From assembly GCA_034110465.1 (NCBI GenBank), contig JAWUZD010000012.1, positions 80,017 through 144,016 of the forward strand: a DNA stretch of 64,000 nucleotides, given 5' to 3'. Shown here piece by piece: positions 28,192 to 38,461 of this stretch. Both the position numbers and the translations under genes were made by a program. This DNA is from Mesoflavibacter sp. (GTDB lineage: Bacteria; Bacteroidota; Bacteroidia; Flavobacteriales; Flavobacteriaceae). A model generated the notes under the pieces. It was given only the letters and a program-made list of their open reading frames with translations, did no database searches and was not told the origin of the DNA. The first letter of the stretch is position 1. Each line of letters starts with the position of its first letter.

Positions 28192-30204
28192 TTATTTATA
28201 ACTTCTTTGTTTTAATTCAATGTCGTTGAACTCTAATTGTTCCTTGTGTAAAATAGCATCACTTGGTTCTCCTTTGTATTCCCAAGCAGATACATATGCA
28301 AAATTAGCATCGTCTCTTTTAGCTTCACCTTTTTGTTCACCATCTAATTCGACAGCATCTTCTCTAAAGTGTCCTCCACAAGATTCTTCTCTATCTAAAG
28401 CATCTTTAGCAAAAAGCTCTCCTAATTCTAAGAAATCTGCAACACGTCCAGCTTTAGCTAATTCTTCATTAAACTCGTTAGCTGTTCCAGGAACTCTAAC
28501 ATCGTTCCAGAATTCTGTTCGTAAAGCTTTAATTTCTGCAATTGCTTCGTTTAAACCTTGTACATTACGAGACATTCCAACTTTATTCCACATAATCTTA
28601 CCTAAGCGTTTGTGGAAATAATCTACAGAATGAGTTCCGTTATTATTAATTAAATGATCTATATTTTTTCTAACTTCAGCTTCAGCTTCGTCAAATTCTT
28701 TAGTGTCTGTTGGAATTGAACCAGTTCTAATATCATCAGATAAATAATCACCTATAGTATAAGGTAATACAAAGTATCCATCTGCTAAACCTTGCATTAA
28801 TGCCGAAGCACCAAGTCTGTTTGCACCGTGATCAGAAAAATTAGCTTCTCCAATACAATATAATCCAGGAACTGTTGTCATTAAGTTGTAGTCTACCCAA
28901 ACTCCACCCATAGTGTAGTGTACTGCTGGATAAATCATCATTGGTGTATTATACGGATCCTCGTCTACAATCTTATAATACATCTGGAATAAATTCCCGT
29001 ATTTATTTTTTATAACCTCTTGACCTAACTTTTTAACTAAAGCAGCATCGTTCGAATCTAAACCTTTAACAATAGTTTGTTCTGTTCCGTAACGTGTAAT
29101 TGCAGATGCAAAATCTAAATAAACAGCTTCTCCTGTTGCATTAACACCAAAACCAGCATCGCAACGTTCTTTTGCTGCACGAGACGCTACATCTCTTGGT
29201 ACTAAATTACCAAATGCAGGATAACGACGTTCTAAATAGTAATCTCTATCTTCTTCTGCTAATTCTCTTGGTTTTAAAGTTTTGTTACGAATTGCCTCAA
29301 CATCTTTTATATGTTTTGGAACCCAAATACGTCCATCGTTACGCAACGACTCAGACATTAACGTTAATTTAGATTGATGATCTCCAGAAACAGGAATACA
29401 TGTTGGGTGAATTTGCGTGTAACATGGATTTGCAAAATATGCGCCACGTTTATGTGCTTTCCAACCTGCGGTAACATTAGACCCCATTGCGTTTGTAGAT
29501 AAAAAGAATACGTTACCATAGCCTCCAGTACCTAAAACAACTGCATGAGCCGAATGTCTTTCTATATCTCCATTAATTAAATTTCGCGTAATAATTCCAC
29601 GAGCTTTACCATCAACCTTAACAACGTCTAACATTTCGTGACGGTTGTACATCTTAATTTTACCACGACCAATCTGACGATTCATTGCAGAATAAGCTCC
29701 TAATAATAATTGCTGTCCTGTTTGTCCAGCTGCATAAAAAGTTCGAGATACTAATACACCACCAAACGAACGGTTATCTAATAATCCACCATATTCACGT
29801 GCAAAAGGAACTCCTTGAGCAACGCATTGGTCAATAATATTGGTAGAAACCTCAGCTAAACGATATACGTTAGCCTCACGAGAACGGTAATCTCCACCTT
29901 TTACAGTGTCGTAAAACAATCTGTAGGTAGAATCTCCATCTCCTTGGTAATTTTTTGCTGCGTTAATTCCTCCTTGTGCTGCAATAGAATGCGCACGTCT
30001 TGGAGAATCTTGGAAGCAAAATGCTTTTACGTTATACCCTAACTCTGCAAGCGTTGCCGCTGCAGATCCACCAGCTAAACCAGTACCAACAACAATAACA
30101 TCTATATTACGCTTGTTTGCCGGGTTAACAAGATCAATTTTATTTTTATAATTAGTCCATTTGTCTGCAATTGGACCTTTTGGTATTTTAGAATCTAAAG
30201 CCAT
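28192..30204 (-). CDS. sdhA: succinate dehydrogenase/fumarate reductase flavoprotein subunit
   Basis: 670 aa. FAD fold [14 protein letters not shown], covalent-FAD His context [18 protein letters not shown], and catalytic HYTMGG / RLGASAL contexts. Confidence 0.95.
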   Translation of the reverse strand: MALDSKIPKGPIADKWTNYKNKIDLVNPANKRNIDVIVVGTGLAGGSAAATLAELGYNVKAFCFQDSPRRAHSIAAQGGINAAKNYQGDGDSTYRLFYDTVKGGDYRSREANVYRLAEVSTNIIDQCVAQGVPFAREYGGLLDNRSFGGVLVSRTFYAAGQTGQQLLLGAYSAMNRQIGRGKIKMYNRHEMLDVVKVDGKARGIITRNLINGDIERHSAHAVVLGTGGYGNVFFLSTNAMGSNVTAGWKAHKRGAYFANPCYTQIHPTCIPVSGDHQSKLTLMSESLRNDGRIWVPKHIKDVEAIRNKTLKPRELAEEDRDYYLERRYPAFGNLVPRDVASRAAKERCDAGFGVNATGEAVYLDFASAITRYGTEQTIVKGLDSNDAALVKKLGQEVIKNKYGNLFQMYYKIVDEDPYNTPMMIYPAVHYTMGGVWVDYNLMTTVPGLYCIGEANFSDHGANRLGASALMQGLADGYFVLPYTIGDYLSDDIRTGSIPTDTKEFDEAEAEVRKNIDHLINNNGTHSVDYFHKRLGKIMWNKVGMSRNVQGLNEAIAEIKALRTEFWNDVRVPGTANEFNEELAKAGRVADFLELGELFAKDALDREESCGGHFREDAVELDGEQKGEAKRDDANFAYVSAWEYKGEPSDAILHKEQLEFNDIELKQRSYK

Positions 30205-30217
30205 AGTAAACTATATT

Positions 30218-30904
30218 TTAGTGGTTTAAAAAGTGAAAAATTGCAATAAAAATAAATCCAACTGGAATACCAATTGCATAAACCTTGCTGAACGTTTTTA
30301 AACCTTTTGTATATTTATTGTTTGCTCCAACAGATTGAAATGCTGACTCAAAACCGTGTAATAAGTGAAGTGCTAAAAAGACAAAAGAAATTACATAAAG
30401 TGCAACTCTCCAACCATCTACAAACTTATGCTGTAAATGCTCTAAATATCTATAACCACTATCAAGACTATTTGGATCTATTAGACCAGACATATCTCCT
30501 TCAATAAATTTTATATTTATTTCTGGAAACCAAAAATCATAAAAGTGAAGTGCCATAAAACCTAAAATGGCAAGTCCACTCCAAATCATATTACGACTCA
30601 TCCAAGAAGAATTAGCTCCTCCATTATTTTTTGCATAGCTAATTTGACGTGCTTTATTGTTTTTAATTTCTAAAACAAATCCCATTACAAAATGGAAGAT
30701 AACACCAAGTATTAATACAGGCTGCATTACATATTGAATAACCCAAAACGTTCCCATAAAGTGAGAAACTTCGTTAAAAGTATCTGGACTTAATACAGAA
30801 ATAATGTTTATTGAGAAATGTTGAAGTAAGAAAACCATTAGAAAGAGTGCTGAAAGTGCCATAGCAAACTTTCTTCCAATTGAAGAATTTAAAATTCCGC
30901 TCAT
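30218..30904 (-). CDS. sdhC: succinate dehydrogenase/fumarate reductase cytochrome b subunit (Bacteroidota single-subunit type)
   Basis: 228 aa with five predicted TM helices and conserved His residues (QHF, FHFV, LHFY, LHLLHG). It lies directly upstream of sdhA. Confidence 0.85.
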   Translation of the reverse strand: MSGILNSSIGRKFAMALSALFLMVFLLQHFSINIISVLSPDTFNEVSHFMGTFWVIQYVMQPVLILGVIFHFVMGFVLEIKNNKARQISYAKNNGGANSSWMSRNMIWSGLAILGFMALHFYDFWFPEINIKFIEGDMSGLIDPNSLDSGYRYLEHLQHKFVDGWRVALYVISFVFLALHLLHGFESAFQSVGANNKYTKGLKTFSKVYAIGIPVGFIFIAIFHFLNH

Positions 30905-30930
30905 TATTTTATAGTTAATTGTTTGTTACA

Positions 30931-30962
30931 CAAATATAAGACGCAAAGCCTACTATAACAAA
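30931..30962 (-). promoter_or_regulatory. candidate sdhCAB promoter (-33 TTTG, 20-nt spacer, -7 TATATTTG)
   Basis: Plus-strand CAAATATA at 30931-30938 is the reverse complement of TATATTTG (TAnnTTTG). Plus-strand CAAA at 30959-30962 is the reverse complement of TTTG. The spacer is 20 nt and the start codon is at 30904. Confidence 0.45.
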
Positions 30963-31026
30963 TATTAACAATTAATTATAAGCTTATTTAGAATGGGTAA
31001 AGCCAGAGGCTGATTTTGTTTAACTT

Positions 31027-31590
31027 TTAACACATAAAATCAGCGAAAGCAACAATATTTAATCTCTCTTTTTTAAGCCAGTGATTTTTATTGACTTCAT
31101 ACCTTCTATCTAAACAATTATCTCTTTTGTTAAAAAACTCTTTTACAGGTGTCATAAATTTTTCCAATATTTTTACAGAACCTAAATTAATAGTATTAAC
31201 ATCTGCTGTAACTTTATCGACTTTTAGCACTTTAAAATAATAATCTAGAAGTCCTTTAGTAGTTTCTGTCCCGTAACCTTTTTCCCAATAATTTGCTCTA
31301 AAACGATATCCTAACTCATTTTCATTCTTTTCATTAAACAAAAACATACAAAGTCCAATAAGTTCTGGTTTCTCTTTTTCAAAAACGCCAAAAAGACACT
31401 TTTTAGTATGTAAGTTGCTTAATTCTATATTCAGGTTTTTATTAAATCGTTCGGATATTTGACTTTCAGTAAAAGCCACTTGTGGTATTAACGCTAAAAC
31501 TTATGTATCCGCAAGCATTTCAGCAAAGTGATTTTTATCTACTTGCTCTAATATTTTTATAATTAACCGTTCTGTTTTGAATAGTACCAT
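31027..31590 (-). pseudogene. GNAT (RimJ/RimL-like) N-acetyltransferase interrupted by an in-frame TAA
   Basis: ATG at 31590 gives MVLFKTERLIIKILEQVDKNHFAEMLADT, then TAA (31501-31503), then, in the same frame, VLALIPQVAFTESQISERF... which is the 150-aa track ORF. The N-terminal 'ERLIIK.LE..D' strand is the usual start of RimJ-type GNATs. The C-terminal part carries the GNAT core (GYRFRANYWEKGYGTE). Confidence 0.6.
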
Positions 31591-31617
31591 TTTTAATTTA
31601 TTTAAGATTTAAAAAAA

Positions 31618-34428
31618 TCACTCAACCTCAAACTTCTTCTGTAAACCATCAAAATCAAAATAATAAACACCTTTTGGCAAGTAACTTTCTCCATTTTTAG
31701 CTGGCTCAATATCTATGCTTGAATTTTCTTTAAGTAACGCTTTAACTCCTTTTTCTGTTAATACTAAATTATAGGATGAAGAGTTAAATCCTTTATTTGC
31801 TATTATAGTAAACAGATTCAGTACTTTTTTGTTTTCGGAAAGTACTTTTATTTCAATCTCTTGGGGTTTATTAGAGAAAAACTGAAGCTCTAAACTTGGC
31901 TCAGAAGCTTTTAACCATTTACTCCAAGAATTCCCCCAAGACTTTGAATGCCTAATAGATTCTATTTCAAAAACGGTAATATTTTCAGTTAATAACACTT
32001 CTGAATAATTTTGAAGTGCTTTAATATTGGTTTTATAAATGCTTCGGCCGTGAGTTCCTAATAGCAAATCTCCAGATGCTTTTTGCAAGACCAAATCGTG
32101 CACTGCCACTGCTGGTAAATTCTCAGAAAAAGCGTGCCATTTTTCGCCTTTATTAAAAGACACATAAGCACCATTATCTGTTCCTAAATACAAGATATTT
32201 TGTTTTTCTAAATCTTCTTTTATCACATTTATGGGTGACTTTGCAATTCCTGAATCTATTAATTTCCAAGTAATTCCATAATCTTCGGATTTATAAACAT
32301 AACTTTTAAAATTATCGTTTCTATAACCATTTAAAGTAACATAAACACGTTCTTTTTTATGTTGTGAAGCCACAATTCTTGAAACCCATAAATCTTGTGG
32401 AAAATTATTAGAAATAAGCGTCCAAGTTGCACCTGAGTTTTTTGTAATTTGAACCAAACCATCATCCGAACCTGAATAAATTAGTCCGAATTGAAAAGGC
32501 GATTCGCTTATAGTAGTTAAAGTTCCAAAGGCTACATTACCTTTTTTTCCACCTTTGGTTAAATCTTCTGAAATAGCTTCCCAGTCGTTTCCTTGATTTA
32601 GAGAACGCATCAATTTATTTCCTCCTAAATATAAAATATCTTGATTATGAGATGATAGTAAAATTGGTGTTTGCCAATTGAACCTATAAGGACTTTCGCC
32701 TAACGTATGTTTTGGCTGAATGTATTTTTGATCATCATTTTCACGATTAATTCTGTAATAATTACCAAACTGGTAACCTGTGTAAACTATATTAGAATTT
32801 CTAGTATCAACTTGAATTTGCATTCCATCTCCGCCCATAATACTCTTAAATGGGTTTTCTCCACTTTGTTGCCAACGCTTACTAATTTTTGATTTGCTTG
32901 ACCCAACCCAAACACCATTATCTTGTAAACCACCATAAACATTATAAGGCGTTTCGTTATCTACATTTACGGTATAAAACTGACCGACTGGATTAACGTT
33001 TAATTTCTCCCACGTTTCGCCATCATCATAACTCATATTTAATCCGCCATCGTTTCCATTAATTAAATGTCCTGCTTTTTTAGGATTTACCCAAAGCGCC
33101 TGATGATCTGCGTGTACATTTTCTCTACTTATAGATTCAAAATTTTTACCTGAATCTTTAGATTTTAAAATGGGAACACCTAAAACATAAATGTTATTTT
33201 CGTTTTGAAGATCTACTCTGATTTCGCCAAAATAATAACCGTAACTATACACCAAATCATCTAAATAATCCTGATGCGTTTTTTTCCAATCTTTTCCACC
33301 ATTAATAGTTTTATAAACTTCTGCTCCAACTACAGGTGTATCAAAAAGCATAGAATTAGCATCTTCTAAATAATGTGCCAAATCTATAGGTTTTACGTTT
33401 CCGCTTCTAACCATTTGCTTTACGTTTTCGGCACGATATTTCTCCTGAAAATCATTCGTTTTTAAAAATCCATTCAGTTTTTTATCTGTTAGAGCTAAAA
33501 ATTCCGTTTCGCTCATAGTTTTAAAATCTTCTTTAACTAAACCTCGCTTTTTAGTTTCCTTATCCTCTAAAGGTCTTCTTGCTTGGCTATCGTGATACGC
33601 ATAAACTGTATTTGCATTAAAAACCGCTAAACCAATACGTCCAACCGTTTTTCCTGTTGCAAATCCACTTTGTTCTGTAGAAATTTTAGTCCACGTTGCT
33701 CCTGCGTTTTCACTTTTATATATGGCTGAATTATTTCCGTTACCATTAAAATTCCACGCTTTTCTATCTTTAGTCCAAGAAGCCGCATACATAACATTAA
33801 AATTTTCTGGAGCAAACTGCACATCTATAATTCCGCTTAAATCGTCTACAAACAAGGTTTTATTCCAAGTTTTTCCACCATCTAAGGTTTTATAAATTCC
33901 TCTATCTTGATTTGGCGTATATAAGCTTCCTAAAACACCAACAATAATTTGGTCTTTATTGTTTGGATTTATTAAAATTCTTCCTATATGTTGAGAGTTT
34001 GGTAAACCTATATGTTCCCAATTTTCACCATTATCTCTAGATTTTAAGATTCCAATTCCCACATAAGAAGAACGTGAACTGTTATTTTCTCCTGTACCAA
34101 CATAAATTGTTTTACTTTTCCAATGCACAGCAATATCTCCTACATTTTGTGTTGGATAATTATCCAAAATAGGATCAAAACTACTTCCGTTATTTTTAGT
34201 ATACCAAACGCCTCCAGAAGCATAGGCCACATAAAATTCGGTTGGATTATTAGGGTTTACATCTAAATCCACAACGCGACCACTCATTACAGTTGGTCCA
34301 ATATTTTTAAATGCGATGTTTTTTACTAACGATTGCTTTTGTAGTTCTTGTAATTTTAAAGCGTCTTGCTGAGCATCAGCCGAAAGAACCAAAGTAAAAA
34401 AAGCAAGAATGGAAACGAATATTTTCAT
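31618..34428 (-). CDS. secreted BNR/Asp-box repeat (sortilin/VPS10-like tandem beta-propeller) protein
   Basis: The track ORF starts at 34467. I prefer Met14 at 34428 (MKIFVSILAFFTLVLSADAQ signal peptide). There are multiple Asp-box-like S.D.G.TW motifs (SRDNGENW, TLDGGKTW, SENAGATW, TINGGKDW, SYDDGETW, TKNSGATW, SEDYGITW). Confidence 0.7.
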   Translation of the reverse strand: MKIFVSILAFFTLVLSADAQQDALKLQELQKQSLVKNIAFKNIGPTVMSGRVVDLDVNPNNPTEFYVAYASGGVWYTKNNGSSFDPILDNYPTQNVGDIAVHWKSKTIYVGTGENNSSRSSYVGIGILKSRDNGENWEHIGLPNSQHIGRILINPNNKDQIIVGVLGSLYTPNQDRGIYKTLDGGKTWNKTLFVDDLSGIIDVQFAPENFNVMYAASWTKDRKAWNFNGNGNNSAIYKSENAGATWTKISTEQSGFATGKTVGRIGLAVFNANTVYAYHDSQARRPLEDKETKKRGLVKEDFKTMSETEFLALTDKKLNGFLKTNDFQEKYRAENVKQMVRSGNVKPIDLAHYLEDANSMLFDTPVVGAEVYKTINGGKDWKKTHQDYLDDLVYSYGYYFGEIRVDLQNENNIYVLGVPILKSKDSGKNFESISRENVHADHQALWVNPKKAGHLINGNDGGLNMSYDDGETWEKLNVNPVGQFYTVNVDNETPYNVYGGLQDNGVWVGSSKSKISKRWQQSGENPFKSIMGGDGMQIQVDTRNSNIVYTGYQFGNYYRINRENDDQKYIQPKHTLGESPYRFNWQTPILLSSHNQDILYLGGNKLMRSLNQGNDWEAISEDLTKGGKKGNVAFGTLTTISESPFQFGLIYSGSDDGLVQITKNSGATWTLISNNFPQDLWVSRIVASQHKKERVYVTLNGYRNDNFKSYVYKSEDYGITWKLIDSGIAKSPINVIKEDLEKQNILYLGTDNGAYVSFNKGEKWHAFSENLPAVAVHDLVLQKASGDLLLGTHGRSIYKTNIKALQNYSEVLLTENITVFEIESIRHSKSWGNSWSKWLKASEPSLELQFFSNKPQEIEIKVLSENKKVLNLFTIIANKGFNSSSYNLVLTEKGVKALLKENSSIDIEPAKNGESYLPKGVYYFDFDGLQKKFEVE

Positions 34429-34541
34429 AGGAAACGAATATTTTGAATTAATAACGTAAAAATTCACCTTAAAAATACAGAAGAATAGACGTTTAAACCC
34501 TATAAATTGGTTAAAAACTAACAGTTTGGCTTAAATAAACG

Positions 34542-34549
34542 TACTTTTG
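34542..34549 (+). promoter_or_regulatory. candidate -7 box (TACTTTTG) for the DEAD-box helicase gene
   Basis: Matches TAnnTTTG, 49 nt upstream of ATG 34598. The upstream TTTG at 34525-34528 is closer than the canonical spacing. Confidence 0.3.
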
Positions 34550-34597
34550 CGACTTATATATACCCAAAGAGTGACTACTGGGTTAGAAATACGATTT

Positions 34598-35881
34598 ATG
34601 ACATTTGAAGAATTAGGCTTATCAGAACACATTTTAAAAGCCGTTAAAGCAAAAGGTTACACACAACCTTCGCCAATACAAGAAAAAGCAATTCCACATA
34701 TATTAGAAGGTAAAGATGTTTTAGCATCTGCACAAACAGGAACCGGAAAAACTGCAGGATTTACATTACCAATTTTAGAAATTTTAGCAGCTTCTAAAAA
34801 AGAAGGAAAAAGACCAATTAGATCTTTAATCCTAACTCCTACAAGAGAACTAGCTGCTCAGGTTTATGAAAACGTTAGAGAATATAGCGAGCATTTAGAT
34901 GTTAAATGTGCCGTAATTTTTGGAGGTGTAAAAGCAAAAGCACAAATTACTACGTTACGCAGAGGTGTTGATGTTTTAGTAGCAACTCCAGGACGTTTGT
35001 TAGATTTAGAAAGTCAAGGCGCTTTATCTCTAAAACGTGTAAAAGTATTTGTTTTAGATGAAGCAGATAGAATGCTTGATATGGGTTTTTTAAGAGATAT
35101 TAAAAAAATAATTTCTTTAATGCCTAGCGAAAGACAAAATTTACTGTTTTCAGCAACGTTTTCTAAAGACATTAAAGCTCTAGCACATACGTTTTTAAAC
35201 AATCCTGTATCTGTAGAAGCTACTCCAGAAAATACTGCTACAGAAACTATTACACAACGTGTTTATAATGTTGATAAAGGCAAAAAGACCGAAGTTTTAA
35301 TTAATTTAATTAAAGACGGAAATTGGAGTCAGGTTTTAATATTTACACGTACAAAACACGGTGCAAATAAATTAACCGAAAAACTTAATAAAGCAAATAT
35401 TACGGCAGCAGCCATTCACGGAAATAAAAGTCAAGGTGCAAGAACTAAAGCTTTAGCTAATTTTAAAAGTAATAGCATTAGAGTTCTAGTAGCTACAGAT
35501 ATTGCAGCTCGTGGATTAGATATCCCGCTTTTACCACATGTTGTTAATTTTGAGTTGCCAAACGTACCAGAAGATTATGTACATAGAATTGGTAGAACTG
35601 GTCGTGCTGGAGCAAAAGGAGAAGCGATTTCTTTAGTTTGTAGCGAAGAAATGGATTACAAAAAAGCCATTGAAAAAGTATTGAACGAGCGTTTGGAAAA
35701 TGGAATAATTCCAGGTTACGAACCTACAGATACTGCAGCACCAAAAAAAGCAGCACCACAGAAAAACAAGAAAAAATACTCGGACAATAAAGGTAATTCT
35801 GGAAACGGAAAACCAAAAAGACAAAGACCAAGTAATGACGATCAAAGAGGACGAAATTCTGGAAACAGAAGACGTTCTTAA
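34598..35881 (+). CDS. rhlE: DEAD-box ATP-dependent RNA helicase (RhlE-like) with basic RG/K-rich tail
   Basis: The track ORF starts at 34547. I prefer ATG 34598 ([10 protein letters not shown]). Motifs seen: Q motif, [18 protein letters not shown] (VLDEADRM), [19 protein letters not shown]. Confidence 0.9.
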   Translation: MTFEELGLSEHILKAVKAKGYTQPSPIQEKAIPHILEGKDVLASAQTGTGKTAGFTLPILEILAASKKEGKRPIRSLILTPTRELAAQVYENVREYSEHLDVKCAVIFGGVKAKAQITTLRRGVDVLVATPGRLLDLESQGALSLKRVKVFVLDEADRMLDMGFLRDIKKIISLMPSERQNLLFSATFSKDIKALAHTFLNNPVSVEATPENTATETITQRVYNVDKGKKTEVLINLIKDGNWSQVLIFTRTKHGANKLTEKLNKANITAAAIHGNKSQGARTKALANFKSNSIRVLVATDIAARGLDIPLLPHVVNFELPNVPEDYVHRIGRTGRAGAKGEAISLVCSEEMDYKKAIEKVLNERLENGIIPGYEPTDTAAPKKAAPQKNKKKYSDNKGNSGNGKPKRQRPSNDDQRGRNSGNRRRS

Positions 35882-35896
35882 AATAAATTATATTAA

Positions 35897-36481
35897 ATGG
35901 AATATGATCAAGTAAATTTAAAATGTTACTTAAAAAAACATATTAATGATGCTTATTTAGAACATCATATTCCATTTATATTAGAACATTTTACTTTTCA
36001 AGAATTAAAAAAGAACAGCTTTTTTTCTCAAGAAGGTAAAATTTGTAATGCATTTTGTTACATCGAGTTTGGAATATTACAACATTCCATATCTACTAAA
36101 AAAGACGAAAAAACTACTTATTTAGCTTTAAAAGACTCTTGTACTTCTGCCTTAAAAAGTTTTAAAAACAAAACACCTTCTAAGAAAAACATTAAAGCCA
36201 TTAGTAATTCTGGTTTGTGGGTTATTAATTTTACAGATTTTTCTTTTCTACTAAAAAACAATAGTGCATTTAAGACATTCTATTACAACCTTGTGGAATA
36301 TCAAATATTTCTAATTGATGATTATCGCATTGATTTATTAACGCTTTCTCCTGAAGAACGCTATAAGAAAATGCTTAAAAAAGAATCAAAACTACTTCAA
36401 CAAATTCCATTAAGCTATTTAGCCACATTTTTAGGGATTTCCACTAGAAGTATGAGTAGAATTAGAAAACTTTCAAATTAA
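35897..36481 (+). CDS. Crp/Fnr family transcriptional regulator
   Basis: 194 aa with an N-terminal cNMP-binding-like beta-roll and a C-terminal HTH (LSYLATFLGISTRSMSRIRK). Confidence 0.6.
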   Translation: MEYDQVNLKCYLKKHINDAYLEHHIPFILEHFTFQELKKNSFFSQEGKICNAFCYIEFGILQHSISTKKDEKTTYLALKDSCTSALKSFKNKTPSKKNIKAISNSGLWVINFTDFSFLLKNNSAFKTFYYNLVEYQIFLIDDYRIDLLTLSPEERYKKMLKKESKLLQQIPLSYLATFLGISTRSMSRIRKLSN

Positions 36482-36499
36482 CGCCATTTGGCGTTTTTA
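36480..36499 (+). terminator. short hairpin terminator after the Crp/Fnr gene
   Basis: ACGCCA-tt-TGGCGT followed by TTTTT. The stem is short. Confidence 0.45.
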
Positions 36500-36516
36500 A
36501 TATCTTTTTCTTTAAC

Positions 36517-36524
36517 TACTTTTG
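36517..36524 (+). promoter_or_regulatory. candidate -7 box (TACTTTTG) for pepP
   Basis: Matches TAnnTTTG, 20 nt upstream of ATG 36544. Confidence 0.35.
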
Positions 36525-36543
36525 AAGTATAAAATCATACATT

Positions 36544-37833
36544 ATGAAATACGACAGAATAGATTCTAAGTTATTTATTAAAAATAGAAAAAACTTTGCT
36601 GCAATAATGCAACCTAAAGGGATTGCTTTTTTTAACTCTAACGACATTTATCCTGTTAGTGCAGACAGTACTTTACCTTTTGCGCAACATAGAGATATCT
36701 TTTATTTAAGTGGTGTAGATCAAGAAGAAAGTATTTTAGTTTTATTTCCAGATTGTCCTAACCCTAAAAATCGTGAAGTTTTATTTTTAAAAGAAACTAA
36801 CGAACATATAGCAATTTGGGAAGGCGAAAAACTAACTAAAGAAGCGGCTTTTGCTACAAGTGGTGTAAAAACAGTTTATTGGTTATCGGATTTAGACAAA
36901 GTGTTATTTGAAATGATGACACAAGCTGAAACCATTTACATTAATACAAACGAACATTATCGTGCTAATGTAGAAACACAAACACGTGAAGATCGTTTCA
37001 CTAAATGGATAAAAGATAAATATCCAGCACATAGCGTAGCTAAATCTAATCCTATTTTACAACGATTACGTTCTGTAAAAGATCAAATAGAATTGGATCT
37101 AATGCAAATAGCTTGCGATATTACTAACAAAGGTTTTAGACGTGTTTTAGGCTTTACAAAACCTGGTGTTTTTGAGTACAACTTAGAGGCCGAATTTATG
37201 CACGAATTTTTAAATAACCGTTCGGATGGATTTGCATATACACCAATTATTGCTTCTGGAAATAACGCTAACGTATTACATTATATAGAGAACAACCAAG
37301 AATGCAAATCTGGAGATTTAATCCTTATTGATGCTGGCGCAAGCTACGCTAATTATAGTAGTGATATGACTAGAACAATTCCTGTTTCTGGACGTTTTAC
37401 AGATAGACAAAAAGCAGTTTACAATGCTGTAAATAAAGTAAAAAACGACGCCACTAAATTATTAGTCCCAGGAACTATTTGGGCCGATTACCACGTAGAA
37501 GTTGGTAAGATAATGACAAGTGAATTATTAGGTTTAGGCTTATTAGATAAAGCAGACGTGCAAAATGAAAATCCAGATTGGCCAGCTTACAAAAAATACT
37601 TTATGCACGGTACAAGTCACCATATTGGATTAGACACACACGATTACGGAATTTTGACAGAGCCTATGCAAGAAAATATGGTTTTTACTGTTGAGCCTGG
37701 TATTTATATTCCAGACGAAAACTTAGGAATACGTTTAGAAGATGATCTTGTTATCCAAGCCAACGGAGAACCTTTTAACTTAATGAGAGATATTCCAATT
37801 GAAATTGAAGAAATTGAAGATTTAATGAACTAG
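36544..37833 (+). CDS. pepP: Xaa-Pro aminopeptidase (M24B)
   Basis: 429 aa with an N-terminal creatinase/AMP_N domain. Metal-ligand contexts are LIDAGASYANYSSDMTRT, HGTSHHIGLDTHD, FTVEPGIY and IRLEDD. Confidence 0.9.
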   Translation: MKYDRIDSKLFIKNRKNFAAIMQPKGIAFFNSNDIYPVSADSTLPFAQHRDIFYLSGVDQEESILVLFPDCPNPKNREVLFLKETNEHIAIWEGEKLTKEAAFATSGVKTVYWLSDLDKVLFEMMTQAETIYINTNEHYRANVETQTREDRFTKWIKDKYPAHSVAKSNPILQRLRSVKDQIELDLMQIACDITNKGFRRVLGFTKPGVFEYNLEAEFMHEFLNNRSDGFAYTPIIASGNNANVLHYIENNQECKSGDLILIDAGASYANYSSDMTRTIPVSGRFTDRQKAVYNAVNKVKNDATKLLVPGTIWADYHVEVGKIMTSELLGLGLLDKADVQNENPDWPAYKKYFMHGTSHHIGLDTHDYGILTEPMQENMVFTVEPGIYIPDENLGIRLEDDLVIQANGEPFNLMRDIPIEIEEIEDLMN

Positions 37834-37856
37834 TTAAAACTAGATTTATCATATTT

Positions 37857-37887
37857 AAAAACCACTACTTCGTTAGTGGTTTTTTTG
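37857..37887 (+). terminator. rho-independent terminator after pepP
   Basis: AAAAACCACTA-cttcgt-TAGTGGTTTTTTT. Confidence 0.75.
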
Positions 37888-37918
37888 TACTTTTAAATTA
37901 GAAAAAAATAAGAAATCT

Positions 37919-38461
37919 ATGCAAACCAAAATAGCAATTCTAAGAGGTATTAATGTTGGCGGACATAGAAAAATATTAATGGCGGATTTAAGACAAGTTC
38001 TTGAAAATTTAGGTTTAAGAAACGTATCAACTTATATACAAAGTGGTAATGTTATTTTTAAGTCGGATAAAAGTAATGCTGTTTTAGAAAACGAAATTGA
38101 AAACACTATTAAAACCAACTTTAATTTTGATCTGCCTGTTATTGTTAGAAGCAAAGATGAATTGTTTTCAATTATAGAAAACAATCCTTTTAATAAAGAT
38201 GATGTTGATATTACTACACTTCATATTACATTTTTAAAATCATCACCAAATAAAAAAGAAACAAGTCTTTTAGATTTGAACTTATATAAACCAGATCAAT
38301 TTTTAATTTCAGATAAAACGGTTTATTTGTGTTTAGAAAAGAAGTATCACAAAAGTAAATTATCTACGAACTTCTTTGAGAAAAAATTAAACGTTGGTGC
38401 AACAACTAGGAATTGGAAAACAACACTTAAGCTATTAGGGTTGTGTGAGAAATTAAATTGA
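37919..38461 (+). CDS. DUF1697 domain-containing protein
   Basis: 180 aa. The opening ILRGINVGGHRKILMADLR...NV.TYIQSGNVIF is the DUF1697 signature as I remember it. Confidence 0.7.
   Translation: MQTKIAILRGINVGGHRKILMADLRQVLENLGLRNVSTYIQSGNVIFKSDKSNAVLENEIENTIKTNFNFDLPVIVRSKDELFSIIENNPFNKDDVDITTLHITFLKSSPNKKETSLLDLNLYKPDQFLISDKTVYLCLEKKYHKSKLSTNFFEKKLNVGATTRNWKTTLKLLGLCEKLN

Noticed and set aside
28220-28621. 133-aa plus-strand S/L/A-rich ORF inside sdhA, and similar antisense ORFs elsewhere in the track: 6304-6618, 12773-12982, 13847-14074, 14332-14526, 14964-15146, 16982-17344, 18328-18537, 19527-19742, 19974-20357, 22181-22396, 23524-23793, 26287-26514, 29172-29372, 30307-30507, 32707-32892, 33627-33824, 35014-35202, 35633-35845, 39996-40253, 43239-43421, 43424-43627, 45416-45736, 46844-47041, 48568-48846, 57536-57718, 57934-58116, 58118-58324, 60577-60801, 61499-61711.
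   Set aside because: All are nested within, or antisense to, longer ORFs with clear family signatures, and all translate to low-complexity sequence. I treat them as non-coding shadow frames.
27437-30904. Whether the sdhCAB-like operon is something unusual, given the single 228-aa cytochrome b subunit and the 670-aa flavoprotein.
   Set aside because: This is the standard Bacteroidota type-B succinate:quinone oxidoreductase/fumarate reductase architecture. All cofactor motifs are intact.
38453-38461. 9-nt overlap of the convergent genes DUF1697 (+) and brnQ (-), and the 4-nt overlap of the hydrolase and thiL at 40533-40536.
   Set aside because: Short 3'-3' overlaps of convergent genes are common in compact genomes. 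There is no evidence of antisense regulation from sequence alone.
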